Both the position numbers and the translations under genes were made by a program. Under the pieces are notes generated by a model, which worked only from the letters and a program-made list of their open reading frames with translations, did not search any database and was not told the DNA's origin. From a virus: a stretch of 64,000 nt of DNA. Shown here piece by piece: positions 54,815-64,000 of this stretch; the first letter of the stretch is position 1; each line of letters begins with the position of its first letter. The stretch covers positions 1 to 64,000 of the IMG/VR virus record IMGVR_UViG_3300028920_000061. One strand, written 5' to 3'.

Positions 54815-56188
54815 TTATGTATCCATGACGTGAATTCTTCCCGTCATAAACATGCTCCATTCACTTGTTGACAAACCATTGTATATAAAGGCTATTCCAT
54901 CAGCTTTAGCAATCACACTGACCGGCCCTTCAGGAGTATTATCAAAATCAAAAAATGTTCCAGAGGCATATTGACTGCTATTAATTGCTGTGGATTTTGG
55001 CGTGATAGTATATGCGCTATCATAACGTCGTGAAATCACCTCATCCGCCGGCCATGTACCCTCTCCAGAAATATTAAAGGCAGAATCTAAACGATGCAAA
55101 TATATTGTAGAACCAACTCTTACTTTTATGAATAAATCAAAAGCCATTAATGCATCTGAAGCCGGTATAGAAATTCCAACATTTGCATATTCAAAAAACC
55201 ATGCTGCGCTTAAAACTGGCGTTATTGCAGCAGAACCTGTTTTTTTCAAGGATGCGAAAACATCATGAGATGACATATCGTCAGAATCCCAACCTGTTAA
55301 TGAGTATACAGGGGTTTGATGTTTTACTGAAACATATACCGTTCCAAGATTATTAGCCAATACTTGGGTCCAATTAGTTGTTGCTTCAGCAATAGATACG
55401 CTTCCACCGGAAGGTTGAAACCTGACTGATGGTCCTATAAAATTTCCAGCTTGCGCTTGAACATCACCCACTGTTGCTATAATATCACCAGAAGAAGATG
55501 TTATAGCACCGCCGGCATCTATATCACCGCTTGCATCAACTTCGTCAGTTGTGACAGTGTTGGCAATTATTTCATCACAATTTTCGATATCCTGACCGCT
55601 CATATCAAGAGATCCGCCCCATCCAGAAAGTATGGTCAACCCTCGAAATGATGGGGAAGAATTGATTCCAACATTTTGTAAATTAGCAACATAGTCCCAT
55701 TCTGCTTGCGTAATCGAAGAGGCAATGCCGGTCATATTTACAAGGTTTTCTGCCGTGCCATAACTTATTTCAGAAAGCTTTTCCCATGTTCTCCAGGGGT
55801 TCGCCGGCCACGCAGGGTTACAGTTATCATAGAATTTTATGAACTGGTCACATAATGGACCAAGAACAAACGCTCTTGCAGTGTCGCTCGATGTAAGAGT
55901 GGCGTCACCCGTCATTAAAGCCTGTTCTATGAAGGATGTTTTATACTTGAATTCATAACGAGCGCCGGCGGTTGCAACTGAAGTGCCACCAAAAACAAAT
56001 GTCCGTGAACCCGATGGGTTGAAATATGAATTACCAAGATCCGTTATGAGAATATTCGTTCCAACATAAATACGTGACGTTGTAATAGAATAGATTAAAT
56101 CTATACTGTTAGAGGACGCTGAACTATTCAGAATCTTCTTAGCTGAAATAGAATGATCAAGAGTTTCGGTTGGAACAAAGCTTTCCAT
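54815..56188 (-). CDS. Tail fibre-like protein
   Basis: SSPSF.GLT and short G.I.A repeats of fibre shafts. Confidence 0.5.
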   Translation of the reverse strand: MESFVPTETLDHSISAKKILNSSASSNSIDLIYSITTSRIYVGTNILITDLGNSYFNPSGSRTFVFGGTSVATAGARYEFKYKTSFIEQALMTGDATLTSSDTARAFVLGPLCDQFIKFYDNCNPAWPANPWRTWEKLSEISYGTAENLVNMTGIASSITQAEWDYVANLQNVGINSSPSFRGLTILSGWGGSLDMSGQDIENCDEIIANTVTTDEVDASGDIDAGGAITSSSGDIIATVGDVQAQAGNFIGPSVRFQPSGGSVSIAEATTNWTQVLANNLGTVYVSVKHQTPVYSLTGWDSDDMSSHDVFASLKKTGSAAITPVLSAAWFFEYANVGISIPASDALMAFDLFIKVRVGSTIYLHRLDSAFNISGEGTWPADEVISRRYDSAYTITPKSTAINSSQYASGTFFDFDNTPEGPVSVIAKADGIAFIYNGLSTSEWSMFMTGRIHVMDT

Positions 56189-56189
56189 A

Positions 56190-56576
56190 TTATGACCCCG
56201 TAGGAAATGCGAATTTGAGCTGAGAAATAATCACGATTTGATTTGCCTGCCATTCCACTTCGTTGAATTCTATATCGCTTCCTGAATTAATTAAACCTAC
56301 TGTTCCGGACACGATAATTGCGGGTGTTGAATCGTAAATATTGAATTTACTGACAGTTCCGGTAGAACTTACAATTCCACGTATTATTCTTGAATCAGAG
56401 GAATCCTGAAAATAAAATTCGTTCGGAAAGCTGCCATCTGCTTCAATATCATCAAATGCTACATTACAAAGAGCCGTGCCATTAGATGTGGTGAAATAGA
56501 CACGCTTATCTCCAGCGACTATCTCATCGTGGAGCACATCAAACATATCTGCAATAATGGCAAGAGTCAGATTCAT
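56190..56576 (-). CDS. Small virion protein
   Basis: Start MNLTL after GAGG; GTVSKF.I...GTVG...DIEFN pattern. Confidence 0.55.
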   Translation of the reverse strand: MNLTLAIIADMFDVLHDEIVAGDKRVYFTTSNGTALCNVAFDDIEADGSFPNEFYFQDSSDSRIIRGIVSSTGTVSKFNIYDSTPAIIVSGTVGLINSGSDIEFNEVEWQANQIVIISQLKFAFPTGS

Positions 56577-56604
56577 ATGTACCTCTATTATACAATATAA
56601 TTGG

Positions 56605-59295
56605 TCACAGGACAATATACCCAGATGGGAAATATTGTCCAAATTTTGCCGATGAATCAGCAAAGACCAGCTCCACAATGTCAGTATCCACATTGATACC
56701 GGGCGACCGTCTAAAATTCATGTATTGGTTCCAGTGTGGAAACAGGCCGCCATTCAAAACTGACGCATTTCTACAAATAATTTGATATTGCTGCAATGTA
56801 TCCCCGGCGTCATAAATAGTGTCCATGGGAGAATCCATATAAGCTCGATAAAGCCGGTCGCTTTCCATCATATACAGATACAGGAACTTATGCGTCGGCC
56901 AGCACATATGGGCAAACCCAAGAGTCAAGCTTTCATTAAGACATGTGCCAGTCGGAGGCTCGCTCAAATACGTTGTTTCAACATAATCGTTATACAATGG
57001 GTCTGTCGCTTCGTCAGGAGCGTACAGCGTTATTCTGACAACATTAGCAAACCCAAGCGGATGAGTTGCGGCGTTCGTCGCATGATACAGGCCATTATAG
57101 TTTATATCATTGCTTTCAGTACCGTGAATTATTAATTCAGGATATTTCCCATAAAGACCGTAGACAGTGTCAATAATATGCTGGACCGGCTTGTAACCTT
57201 CGGGAATGTACACGTCAATATACGGCGCCGAACTGCCTGAATTCGCATAAATATTTTTTATCGGGAATCGGTTGTTCAATCTCAAATACAGATGGTCACC
57301 ATACGACAGCTCATCAAAATCTCCCGAAAGCTGAATCTTACCCGACGTTCTTGGGTTGATAACGTTTTCAATGGAAAACCCTTTACCCGAATCATTAATC
57401 ATGGTGCAATGATTCTGAATAAACGGATGAAGCTCTTCATCATCTTTAATTTCAAGAGTCACTATCGGATTTGAAACATCAATAATCTTGTACCCGTAGG
57501 ATTCGAAGAGCCCGACAGTCTTACACTTTTCAGGAGAGACCGGGAGCCCGTAGTAGACATTGAGCGCTTTTTGATATTCAGATATCGTACTCGAATCTCT
57601 CATAGAGGAGAGAAGCGTGTTGAGAGCAGCTTTTCCTGGGATATTTTTGTATTCGTACTGAGCCCACTGGTTGATACCAACCATGCCACCATGCTGGTCA
57701 AACAGGTAACGTTCAATGATAGGTGTTTTCTTGCTATACAGATAAGAATCAATTTCGACACTATCGTTAACAAATATATCTCTATTAAATTCAAGGACAT
57801 ACGAGTTTATGACAAAATCAGTCTCTTTATCAAATTGCGTTCCTGGTATCTCAATCCCGGTTGTCAGATATGGAATATCCAGAACCTCGTTGTTGATATC
57901 ATAGGACTTCCCGGTCGTGAGATATATCGAGAACGTCTCAACGCCAAGATAGTTCAGACTTCCTTCAACTTCAATCATATATTTGAACTTGGCACGACTT
58001 TCTGCCCAATAACCCTGACTATCTGTACCAACAGTTCCGGTACTGTCAGACCATCCGGGGTACCACTTCCATACCTTCGCCGTGTCAGGATAATAGCGCC
58101 CTTCGCCGGTTTGAGCATTCACATAGCTGTCAAGATCCTCGAAATCCTCATTGGCGACTTCAGGACAGTCTGTTTTCAATGTCGATGGGTCGCTTGGGTC
58201 AACTGGGTCTGAAATGTCTGACAAGGTAGCCCACGGTGTCCCCGTAGCAACCGCGGCAAGAACATCTGCTATCTGTGTCAAGCTCGTATTATCAAACGTA
58301 ATATCAAGAGATGTTGCCGTCCATGCAACCGCTGTCGGGCCGCCAGCAGATCCTGTAATCGTAATTTTGTATTGCGACACATCGGTTGTATCAACAGACT
58401 CAATTCTGAGAGCTCCCTGGGAACTTGTCCCACTTATTATAGCCCAAGCCTCACGGTCATATGCTTCAGAAGAAGCATAGAAATCAGTAACAGGAAACCA
58501 TTTTGTATCAAGAGAAGTGTCTTTTGGAGTGATTACAACATAGCATTCACTGACAATCTTGCCACCGCTCCGGTATCCAAGGTATCGAATCTGTTCATAA
58601 TCATTGCCACGCACTTCAATCAAGTCATTATATATTGGACTAAGGTCAGAGTCATATGTTGGCTCTATGAGAACTGTCCCAATAGGATTGATAATTGATT
58701 TTGGGGACTTGAGTGTCGGGTCAAGAAATACTGGCCTTGAATATAATGGCCCTACCTGAAGGTCATAATAATCTTCAAATGGGCAAACGCCAGGCTCCTC
58801 AGGATTGACCGCAGCCAGGAAGCGCAGCCCTTTCTTAACAAGCGATCCGCCGGCTATGACAAGTCCAAACCAGAAATTTTCAGTCATGTCTCTGGAATCA
58901 TCTTCAAGGAAATTCCAGAATGTGCTGAGATAGTCCCAGAATTGAACTCGTTCAAAATCATCTTCAGTACATGCTTCTGGAGCATCTATTGATTCATATT
59001 CGCTTCCAGGGAGTGTCGTGTAAAAATAGAAGAACCCTATTCCGTCACGAAGAGTATTGTAAATTCCATAGTTATAATTATTCGCAAGCCATGTTGATAC
59101 CCCAGACCCAGAATTAACAAATCCGAATATGGCATAAATGAAATCAATCTCATTGAAATCTGCGGCATCGAAGTAGTCCGGAAGCAAATCTGTCGGATCT
59201 GTTGAATCAAATGTACAGTCAGTTATAATAGTAGATGTCAAATCGGAACTTGGCCGATTTGTTTCTACATGCGTCCAGTTAACTGTACCTGCCAT
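56605..59295 (-). CDS. Probable baseplate protein
   Basis: 896 aa; W.YLS.FW and ALN.YYGLP segments; structural context. Confidence 0.45.
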   Translation of the reverse strand: MAGTVNWTHVETNRPSSDLTSTIITDCTFDSTDPTDLLPDYFDAADFNEIDFIYAIFGFVNSGSGVSTWLANNYNYGIYNTLRDGIGFFYFYTTLPGSEYESIDAPEACTEDDFERVQFWDYLSTFWNFLEDDSRDMTENFWFGLVIAGGSLVKKGLRFLAAVNPEEPGVCPFEDYYDLQVGPLYSRPVFLDPTLKSPKSIINPIGTVLIEPTYDSDLSPIYNDLIEVRGNDYEQIRYLGYRSGGKIVSECYVVITPKDTSLDTKWFPVTDFYASSEAYDREAWAIISGTSSQGALRIESVDTTDVSQYKITITGSAGGPTAVAWTATSLDITFDNTSLTQIADVLAAVATGTPWATLSDISDPVDPSDPSTLKTDCPEVANEDFEDLDSYVNAQTGEGRYYPDTAKVWKWYPGWSDSTGTVGTDSQGYWAESRAKFKYMIEVEGSLNYLGVETFSIYLTTGKSYDINNEVLDIPYLTTGIEIPGTQFDKETDFVINSYVLEFNRDIFVNDSVEIDSYLYSKKTPIIERYLFDQHGGMVGINQWAQYEYKNIPGKAALNTLLSSMRDSSTISEYQKALNVYYGLPVSPEKCKTVGLFESYGYKIIDVSNPIVTLEIKDDEELHPFIQNHCTMINDSGKGFSIENVINPRTSGKIQLSGDFDELSYGDHLYLRLNNRFPIKNIYANSGSSAPYIDVYIPEGYKPVQHIIDTVYGLYGKYPELIIHGTESNDINYNGLYHATNAATHPLGFANVVRITLYAPDEATDPLYNDYVETTYLSEPPTGTCLNESLTLGFAHMCWPTHKFLYLYMMESDRLYRAYMDSPMDTIYDAGDTLQQYQIICRNASVLNGGLFPHWNQYMNFRRSPGINVDTDIVELVFADSSAKFGQYFPSGYIVL

Positions 59296-59297
59296 AA

Positions 59298-61193
59298 TTA
59301 CGCCCCCATTGGCGGACCACCGCCGCCACCAAGAGTATCATACAATTCACCAGCCTTGACGACAGAATCAATTAAATCGACTATAGATCCGGTTTCTGCA
59401 GTCGTAATAAAATCTCCAGGAGTTTTTATTGTTAAGCCTTCTCCTGACACATCCATGTTCCCATCAAAACTTGAAAAGAAAATATCTGCTGATTTGCAAT
59501 ATAACATTGCATTTTTAATATGAACATAAGATTTTTGAGAGACGCCCAATGAATCTACAGTAACAATTGTATTTGTATCTTCCGTGTTTTGCGTAAGAAT
59601 AAAATCCTTAACTATAAGCTTTTTCATATTGGTAGATGTATCTATTTGTATAATTATGAATTCATCCGCTGGTGCATAGTCTTTCGTTTCTATGAACCAG
59701 GCTTTATCACGACCAATATCAGCAGCTTTAATGAAGGAATATCCGCCAATTTCTTCGTTTACATTAATAAAGAAATTATCAACCGGAGTAAATATGTTTT
59801 TCAAAAGAAATGTATCATATCCGGTTGGTGACACGCCGCATGAATCGCCTTCCGTATTATCAAAATAATTTCTCAATTGTCTGAACATGAACTGGTCGGA
59901 TTCGCTACCGTCTCCTGAAAACCCCTTTTCCCCATCTACATAATAAGAATACGCTTCAAACCTGAATGCGCCAATACCAGCCCTGGTATATCCTTTAATA
60001 TCGAGCAGTATGCCATTAGCAATCCAGAATACTGAACCGTTACCGGAATTAGTAATTTCATAGATGTAGTAATTAAAATCATTTTCAAGAAATGTGGTAG
60101 CCGTCAAGCTTGTCGGCATATCATCAATGGAACTGTTACTGAAGGTACAATCAGTTTTTGTACCCGGTATCAAACCTGTCACAACGTTTGTTTCACAATG
60201 ATCCCATGTCAGGGTTCCGCCAGAGTCGTTAATCGAAGCCGTTCCCTGCAGATTGATAACAGAATCGTATACCAAAGTGGTATCTGAATATTCATTGATT
60301 TCAAATGCGGCGTCCTCGAATGAGAAGTTGCATCCGTAAGCGGTAATGTTAGTCTTCTCAGTAGTGCTTGCTCCAGTCATATGCACTTCTTGATCACTGA
60401 TAATCATTGACCCTCTTAGAATAACACTATTCGGACCAGAAGTATTATCAGTTGATTTGGCTATGATTAAATCAGATGGTCCGGAGCCGGCTGTATCTTG
60501 AGGTATTACTACCATATCGCTTACATTAAGCGTTACATCGGAAGACGCGATTCTGAATATTTCATGCCCCGAATTTGGGGTGGTAACTGTCCACAAACCA
60601 TTTGTAGACTTGTCCCATGCTCTTAAAGTAATCTCTATGCTATCCCCAGGATCAACCAGAAACATGTATGCATTGACAGTGTCAATCGGTATGTCACCTT
60701 TAATATTGACAATATCCCCATCAACTGGGAAATATGTCGGAGCATCGGCCAGGTACAATTTAAGCTGTGCAAGATTCCACGGGCTTGCCTCTGTTCCAGC
60801 ACCGGTCGCCACTTGGTTTACATCAACGTAATAGTCGCTGGATGTTGAGGGATCGACATCAAATGCATTAAGAAGAGTGTCCTCTTGAGCATCAGATCGG
60901 ACGACCTTGAGATCATATGTGCCATACAACAGTGCTAATGGCACACTCATGATAATTTGACCGTTCGTCCATGTATCATAAACCCCGGTTGTTACCCATG
61001 GGCCGCCATCTTTACGATAATATAACACACCCGGATACAGGAAAAAATTCTCTCCAGATGCAGTGATATCAAGAGTAATTGGATTGTAAGCACCTGATAT
61101 GATATTAGGTGCTCCAAGCTCTGTTAGCCAGATATGTGGGTCAACAAACCCGTCTTCCCACATATCGGATTCAAGGTAGCCGGATTGATACAT
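59298..61193 (-). CDS. Virion protein with Ig-like domain and two beta-helix-cap repeats
   Basis: GTYDLKV...; YYVD....G.G.E..P/F repeated twice. Confidence 0.55.
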   Translation of the reverse strand: MYQSGYLESDMWEDGFVDPHIWLTELGAPNIISGAYNPITLDITASGENFFLYPGVLYYRKDGGPWVTTGVYDTWTNGQIIMSVPLALLYGTYDLKVVRSDAQEDTLLNAFDVDPSTSSDYYVDVNQVATGAGTEASPWNLAQLKLYLADAPTYFPVDGDIVNIKGDIPIDTVNAYMFLVDPGDSIEITLRAWDKSTNGLWTVTTPNSGHEIFRIASSDVTLNVSDMVVIPQDTAGSGPSDLIIAKSTDNTSGPNSVILRGSMIISDQEVHMTGASTTEKTNITAYGCNFSFEDAAFEINEYSDTTLVYDSVINLQGTASINDSGGTLTWDHCETNVVTGLIPGTKTDCTFSNSSIDDMPTSLTATTFLENDFNYYIYEITNSGNGSVFWIANGILLDIKGYTRAGIGAFRFEAYSYYVDGEKGFSGDGSESDQFMFRQLRNYFDNTEGDSCGVSPTGYDTFLLKNIFTPVDNFFINVNEEIGGYSFIKAADIGRDKAWFIETKDYAPADEFIIIQIDTSTNMKKLIVKDFILTQNTEDTNTIVTVDSLGVSQKSYVHIKNAMLYCKSADIFFSSFDGNMDVSGEGLTIKTPGDFITTAETGSIVDLIDSVVKAGELYDTLGGGGGPPMGA

Positions 61194-61194
61194 A

Positions 61195-62061
61195 TCAGTA
61201 CGTTTCTATTTTAATGTAATCCGTCATGCCGACAGCAGTATCGAGAGTTGTTGTTACAGTCTCGTCCGTGCCAGTAGCCGCGTCTCCAACGTCAATTAAT
61301 TGAGGTTTACCATTGGCGTGGCGATTAGTAACATTTCTCTTGAACAACAGGTCTTTCATCTGAACAAGAGTTACGTTATCTGATTCAGAATCCGCAAGCC
61401 CCTCTTGAGAATCGTACAGACGATTGTATGAAGCAGCCCCGGCAGTCTTACCAGCCATCGCGGTCAGCATGGACACAATGTCAGTGTCACCGTCACCCAA
61501 ATCTATTGGCGCACCAACCCGACCATAAACATTATTTATGGCCGTATCAATATCTGAATTGTTATCTCCAAGAGTTGCCCCACTTCCAAGGTCGGAAGGT
61601 GTTCCAATTCTGGCATAGTTATAATTTAAAATGGAGTTAATATCAACAACATTTTGAGAAATTGTTGCCCCGCCACCAATATCAGATGGTATTCCAATAT
61701 GTCCATATAAATAATTTATAAGTGGATCGTAAGATCCGTCTCTCATTTGAAATGATTTTAATTCAGTCATTCCAACTGATGAAATTTCATAATAGACATA
61801 TATATTATAACATTTTGCCTTTTCGAAACCGGCCGCAGCAGTCAATTGTATTTTTTCCGAATAAAATCCGATAGTGCCGGCGTCATCAAGCTTTGTCATT
61901 GTTCCTGTGAGAATTGGCGTTGCCGTCTCTTCTTCATAAATACGATAAGACGGATTAGAATCAGCGTCAACAGCCTGACCACCACCAGCAAATGTTGTTG
62001 GTGATTTTGCACATATTGCGAATGTCAGATATTGATTTATTACACATTCTCCCAGGTACAT
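61195..62061 (-). CDS. Virion protein with RIG.P.DLG.G repeats
   Basis: Three copies of IG.P.D.G.G.T; RBS GGGGA. Confidence 0.55.
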   Translation of the reverse strand: MYLGECVINQYLTFAICAKSPTTFAGGGQAVDADSNPSYRIYEEETATPILTGTMTKLDDAGTIGFYSEKIQLTAAAGFEKAKCYNIYVYYEISSVGMTELKSFQMRDGSYDPLINYLYGHIGIPSDIGGGATISQNVVDINSILNYNYARIGTPSDLGSGATLGDNNSDIDTAINNVYGRVGAPIDLGDGDTDIVSMLTAMAGKTAGAASYNRLYDSQEGLADSESDNVTLVQMKDLLFKRNVTNRHANGKPQLIDVGDAATGTDETVTTTLDTAVGMTDYIKIETY

Positions 62062-62216
62062 ATTATTCCCCTTTATCTATTTCATTATTTAATTGCTTCA
62101 TTTGAGCAATCTCATCTTCTAATTCTTTAATTCTTTTGCCACGTAATATTATTTCTTGACGCAAAATGCTTAATTCTTCATTTATAGATATAATGATATC
62201 GTTAACGGATTTCACT

Positions 62217-62717
62217 CTAATGCCTCCAATTAATTCCAATACTTTTTAAAAGATCAATATCCCTATCAAATGTAAACTGATTATCAAATACGGAATCATC
62301 AATAAAGTTAACTTTTTTAATACGAAGAATTTTTCTGAACCCCCACAAATTATTGAATAAATTTCTTTCTTTAATTTGTTGAAGCATTTTCTTAAAAAAT
62401 TTAATATTTTCACCATTATAACAAAGCATTTCATCACCAACGCCGCTCGAATGTCTGGCAAAATATGGTCGATTATTTTCAGAATCAAATAATGGCCAAG
62501 ATTTCAAAACAATATCACGATCGATATAAAAAGTATTCGAAAAATTTGACATGATATCAAAAATAATTTCATGCCTATCTTTTATTTCATTTTCACAATT
62601 GCCACGATATATACGTTCGTATTCAGCGCCATTAGTATGAGCAATGGCCTCAGTCCCATTCAACCTTTCTACCGTTTGCTCCGACAGATTCCCATGGATG
62701 ATCTGAACCACTTTCAT
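62217..62717 (-). CDS. DxD glycosyltransferase-like protein
   Basis: FYIDRDIV; paralogous to the upstream gene. Confidence 0.5.
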   Translation of the reverse strand: MKVVQIIHGNLSEQTVERLNGTEAIAHTNGAEYERIYRGNCENEIKDRHEIIFDIMSNFSNTFYIDRDIVLKSWPLFDSENNRPYFARHSSGVGDEMLCYNGENIKFFKKMLQQIKERNLFNNLWGFRKILRIKKVNFIDDSVFDNQFTFDRDIDLLKSIGINWRH

Positions 62718-63201
62718 ATTTCCTCCATATTTCAGTACTTGTATAACAATGATGATTATATAAATTTTTTGGTATTACGTTAACTTTCTTTTTTCGTATT
62801 ATCTTCATCGGCCACCCATGCACATATGGAAGATTTCTATCATTTCTTTCATCAATAATTTTTTGAAAAAATTTTGTATTATTATTCACATAAAATAGAC
62901 AATGGTTTATCTTTCCCTTTATTCCATGCCCAAAGTATGGTCTACCATTTCCAGTTTCAAAATCTGGAATTTTTTTAAATTCAATATCGCAATCGGCATA
63001 CAACATTTCCGGCTCTTGCGTGGCATATTCTATTCTGACAGTATCTGTAACAATTATTGGACTAAAAAAACCTTTCATGTCCTTTATAATAATTCTTTCA
63101 TAATTAGGTAAAAACATTTCACGAACCATATCCATAGATCGTTCATATTTTTTATACAAGTCAGTATTAGTTTCTCCGCACCAAATCTGAATCAATTTCA
63201 T
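62650..63201 (-). CDS. DxD glycosyltransferase-like protein (GT32-like)
   Basis: IQIWCG, TDTVRIE, LYADCDI. Confidence 0.55.
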   Translation of the reverse strand: MKLIQIWCGETNTDLYKKYERSMDMVREMFLPNYERIIIKDMKGFFSPIIVTDTVRIEYATQEPEMLYADCDIEFKKIPDFETGNGRPYFGHGIKGKINHCLFYVNNNTKFFQKIIDERNDRNLPYVHGWPMKIIRKKKVNVIPKNLYNHHCYTSTEIWRKYESGSDHPWESVGANGRKVEWD

Positions 63202-63202
63202 G

Positions 63203-63949
63203 TTATGCAGCTTGGCAAGGTATTTTATATGATGTACCACTTGAATCTTTAATAGTGAGATATCCGTCAGGTGTCGGCGCTCCGGCCTGTCTTGCGTTAC
63301 CTAATTGTAAAGATTTGCCAGATGCTATTTCTAAATTAACAGATGTATATAACTGATATTCACTATTATTGTACCCAAGGCAAACATATGCATTTTCAGA
63401 ATCATCAAAAGAACTATATGTTGACATACGAAGAAGGCCTTGAGGAATTCCGCCGCCATCTTGAGTTTGAACGCATTGTATTCTTGCCGATTTAGTTAAA
63501 CCTCCGGGCTCAGAATCGCCAGAACCTTCTGTTATAAAATCCATACCAACAGCTTTATTAACATACCCCCATGCCGTATCACTATGACATAACGTAAGAA
63601 GAATCTTAAGATCGTCATCACCATCTTCTACACCAATGAATAATTGTGGAGGGCTGCTTAATGATGTTGCTGGATCTCCAATTACTATACTGTCATGTAT
63701 TTTTAAGTAATCTTCATCTTCCATCCACGACATCTGGCCAATTGATGAATTCGCAGAAAATATTAGTAGAACATCATCATCTGTTCCACCTCCGATTGTC
63801 ATACTATTACTTTTACATACTATTGCACCAGATGCATCAACAGTAATACTTTCCACTGGTGCCGAAACATCTGATGCTATAATTCTATGTAAAGCAGAAT
63901 GATCTGGTGATGATAAAGGATCTGTTGCGGTTGGTTGGGATATCGCCAT
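63203..63949 (-). CDS. Tail fibre-like protein
   Basis: Beta-rich; C-terminal PDGYL.I....YKIPC pattern. Confidence 0.45.
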   Translation of the reverse strand: MAISQPTATDPLSSPDHSALHRIIASDVSAPVESITVDASGAIVCKSNSMTIGGGTDDDVLLIFSANSSIGQMSWMEDEDYLKIHDSIVIGDPATSLSSPPQLFIGVEDGDDDLKILLTLCHSDTAWGYVNKAVGMDFITEGSGDSEPGGLTKSARIQCVQTQDGGGIPQGLLRMSTYSSFDDSENAYVCLGYNNSEYQLYTSVNLEIASGKSLQLGNARQAGAPTPDGYLTIKDSSGTSYKIPCQAA

Positions 63950-64000
63950 AGTGTTACCTCATATTTTTAAAACTGTTAGATTGTCAATACGAAAAAACTC

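Noticed and set aside
40959-63949. Diversity-generating retroelement acting on tail genes
   Set aside because: No reverse transcriptase and no TR/VR repeat pair noticed

Overview
This 64-kb window looks like part of a large tailed-phage genome in the standard genetic code, with no rRNA or ribosomal-protein genes. The + strand (about 1.5-36 kb) holds replication and accessory genes: a DnaG-type primase fused to an MCM-type helicase, an SSB-like protein, a DnaQ/Cas4-like nuclease fusion, a SNF2 helicase, an RRM protein, a VRR-NUC nuclease, a tmRNA and a J-domain pseudokinase/vWA/PurA-like cluster. The - strand (36-64 kb) holds virion genes: a portal-like protein, tail/baseplate proteins, a 2441-aa repeat beta-helix protein and two DxD glycosyltransferase-like genes. 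Three things stand out. (1) At 30.05-33.83 kb there is an array of about 12 single-gene units separated by 11 attC-like hairpins (AAC...GTT). The two ends of each unit are complementary, as in integron cassettes, but most hairpin interiors are translated as C-terminal mini-domains, and no integrase is seen in the window. (2) At 17.4-22.6 kb there is an apparently complete ubiquitin-like operon: two E2-like proteins, a JAB protease, an E1 and a tandem di-Ubl ending KVKGN twice. (3) There are three tRNA-mimic RNAs: a tmRNA with a 29-aa tag, a circularly permuted YrlA-like tRNA module and a tRNA-like element with an expanded anticodon arm. All calls were made by eye from motifs; no database searches or folding programs were run.
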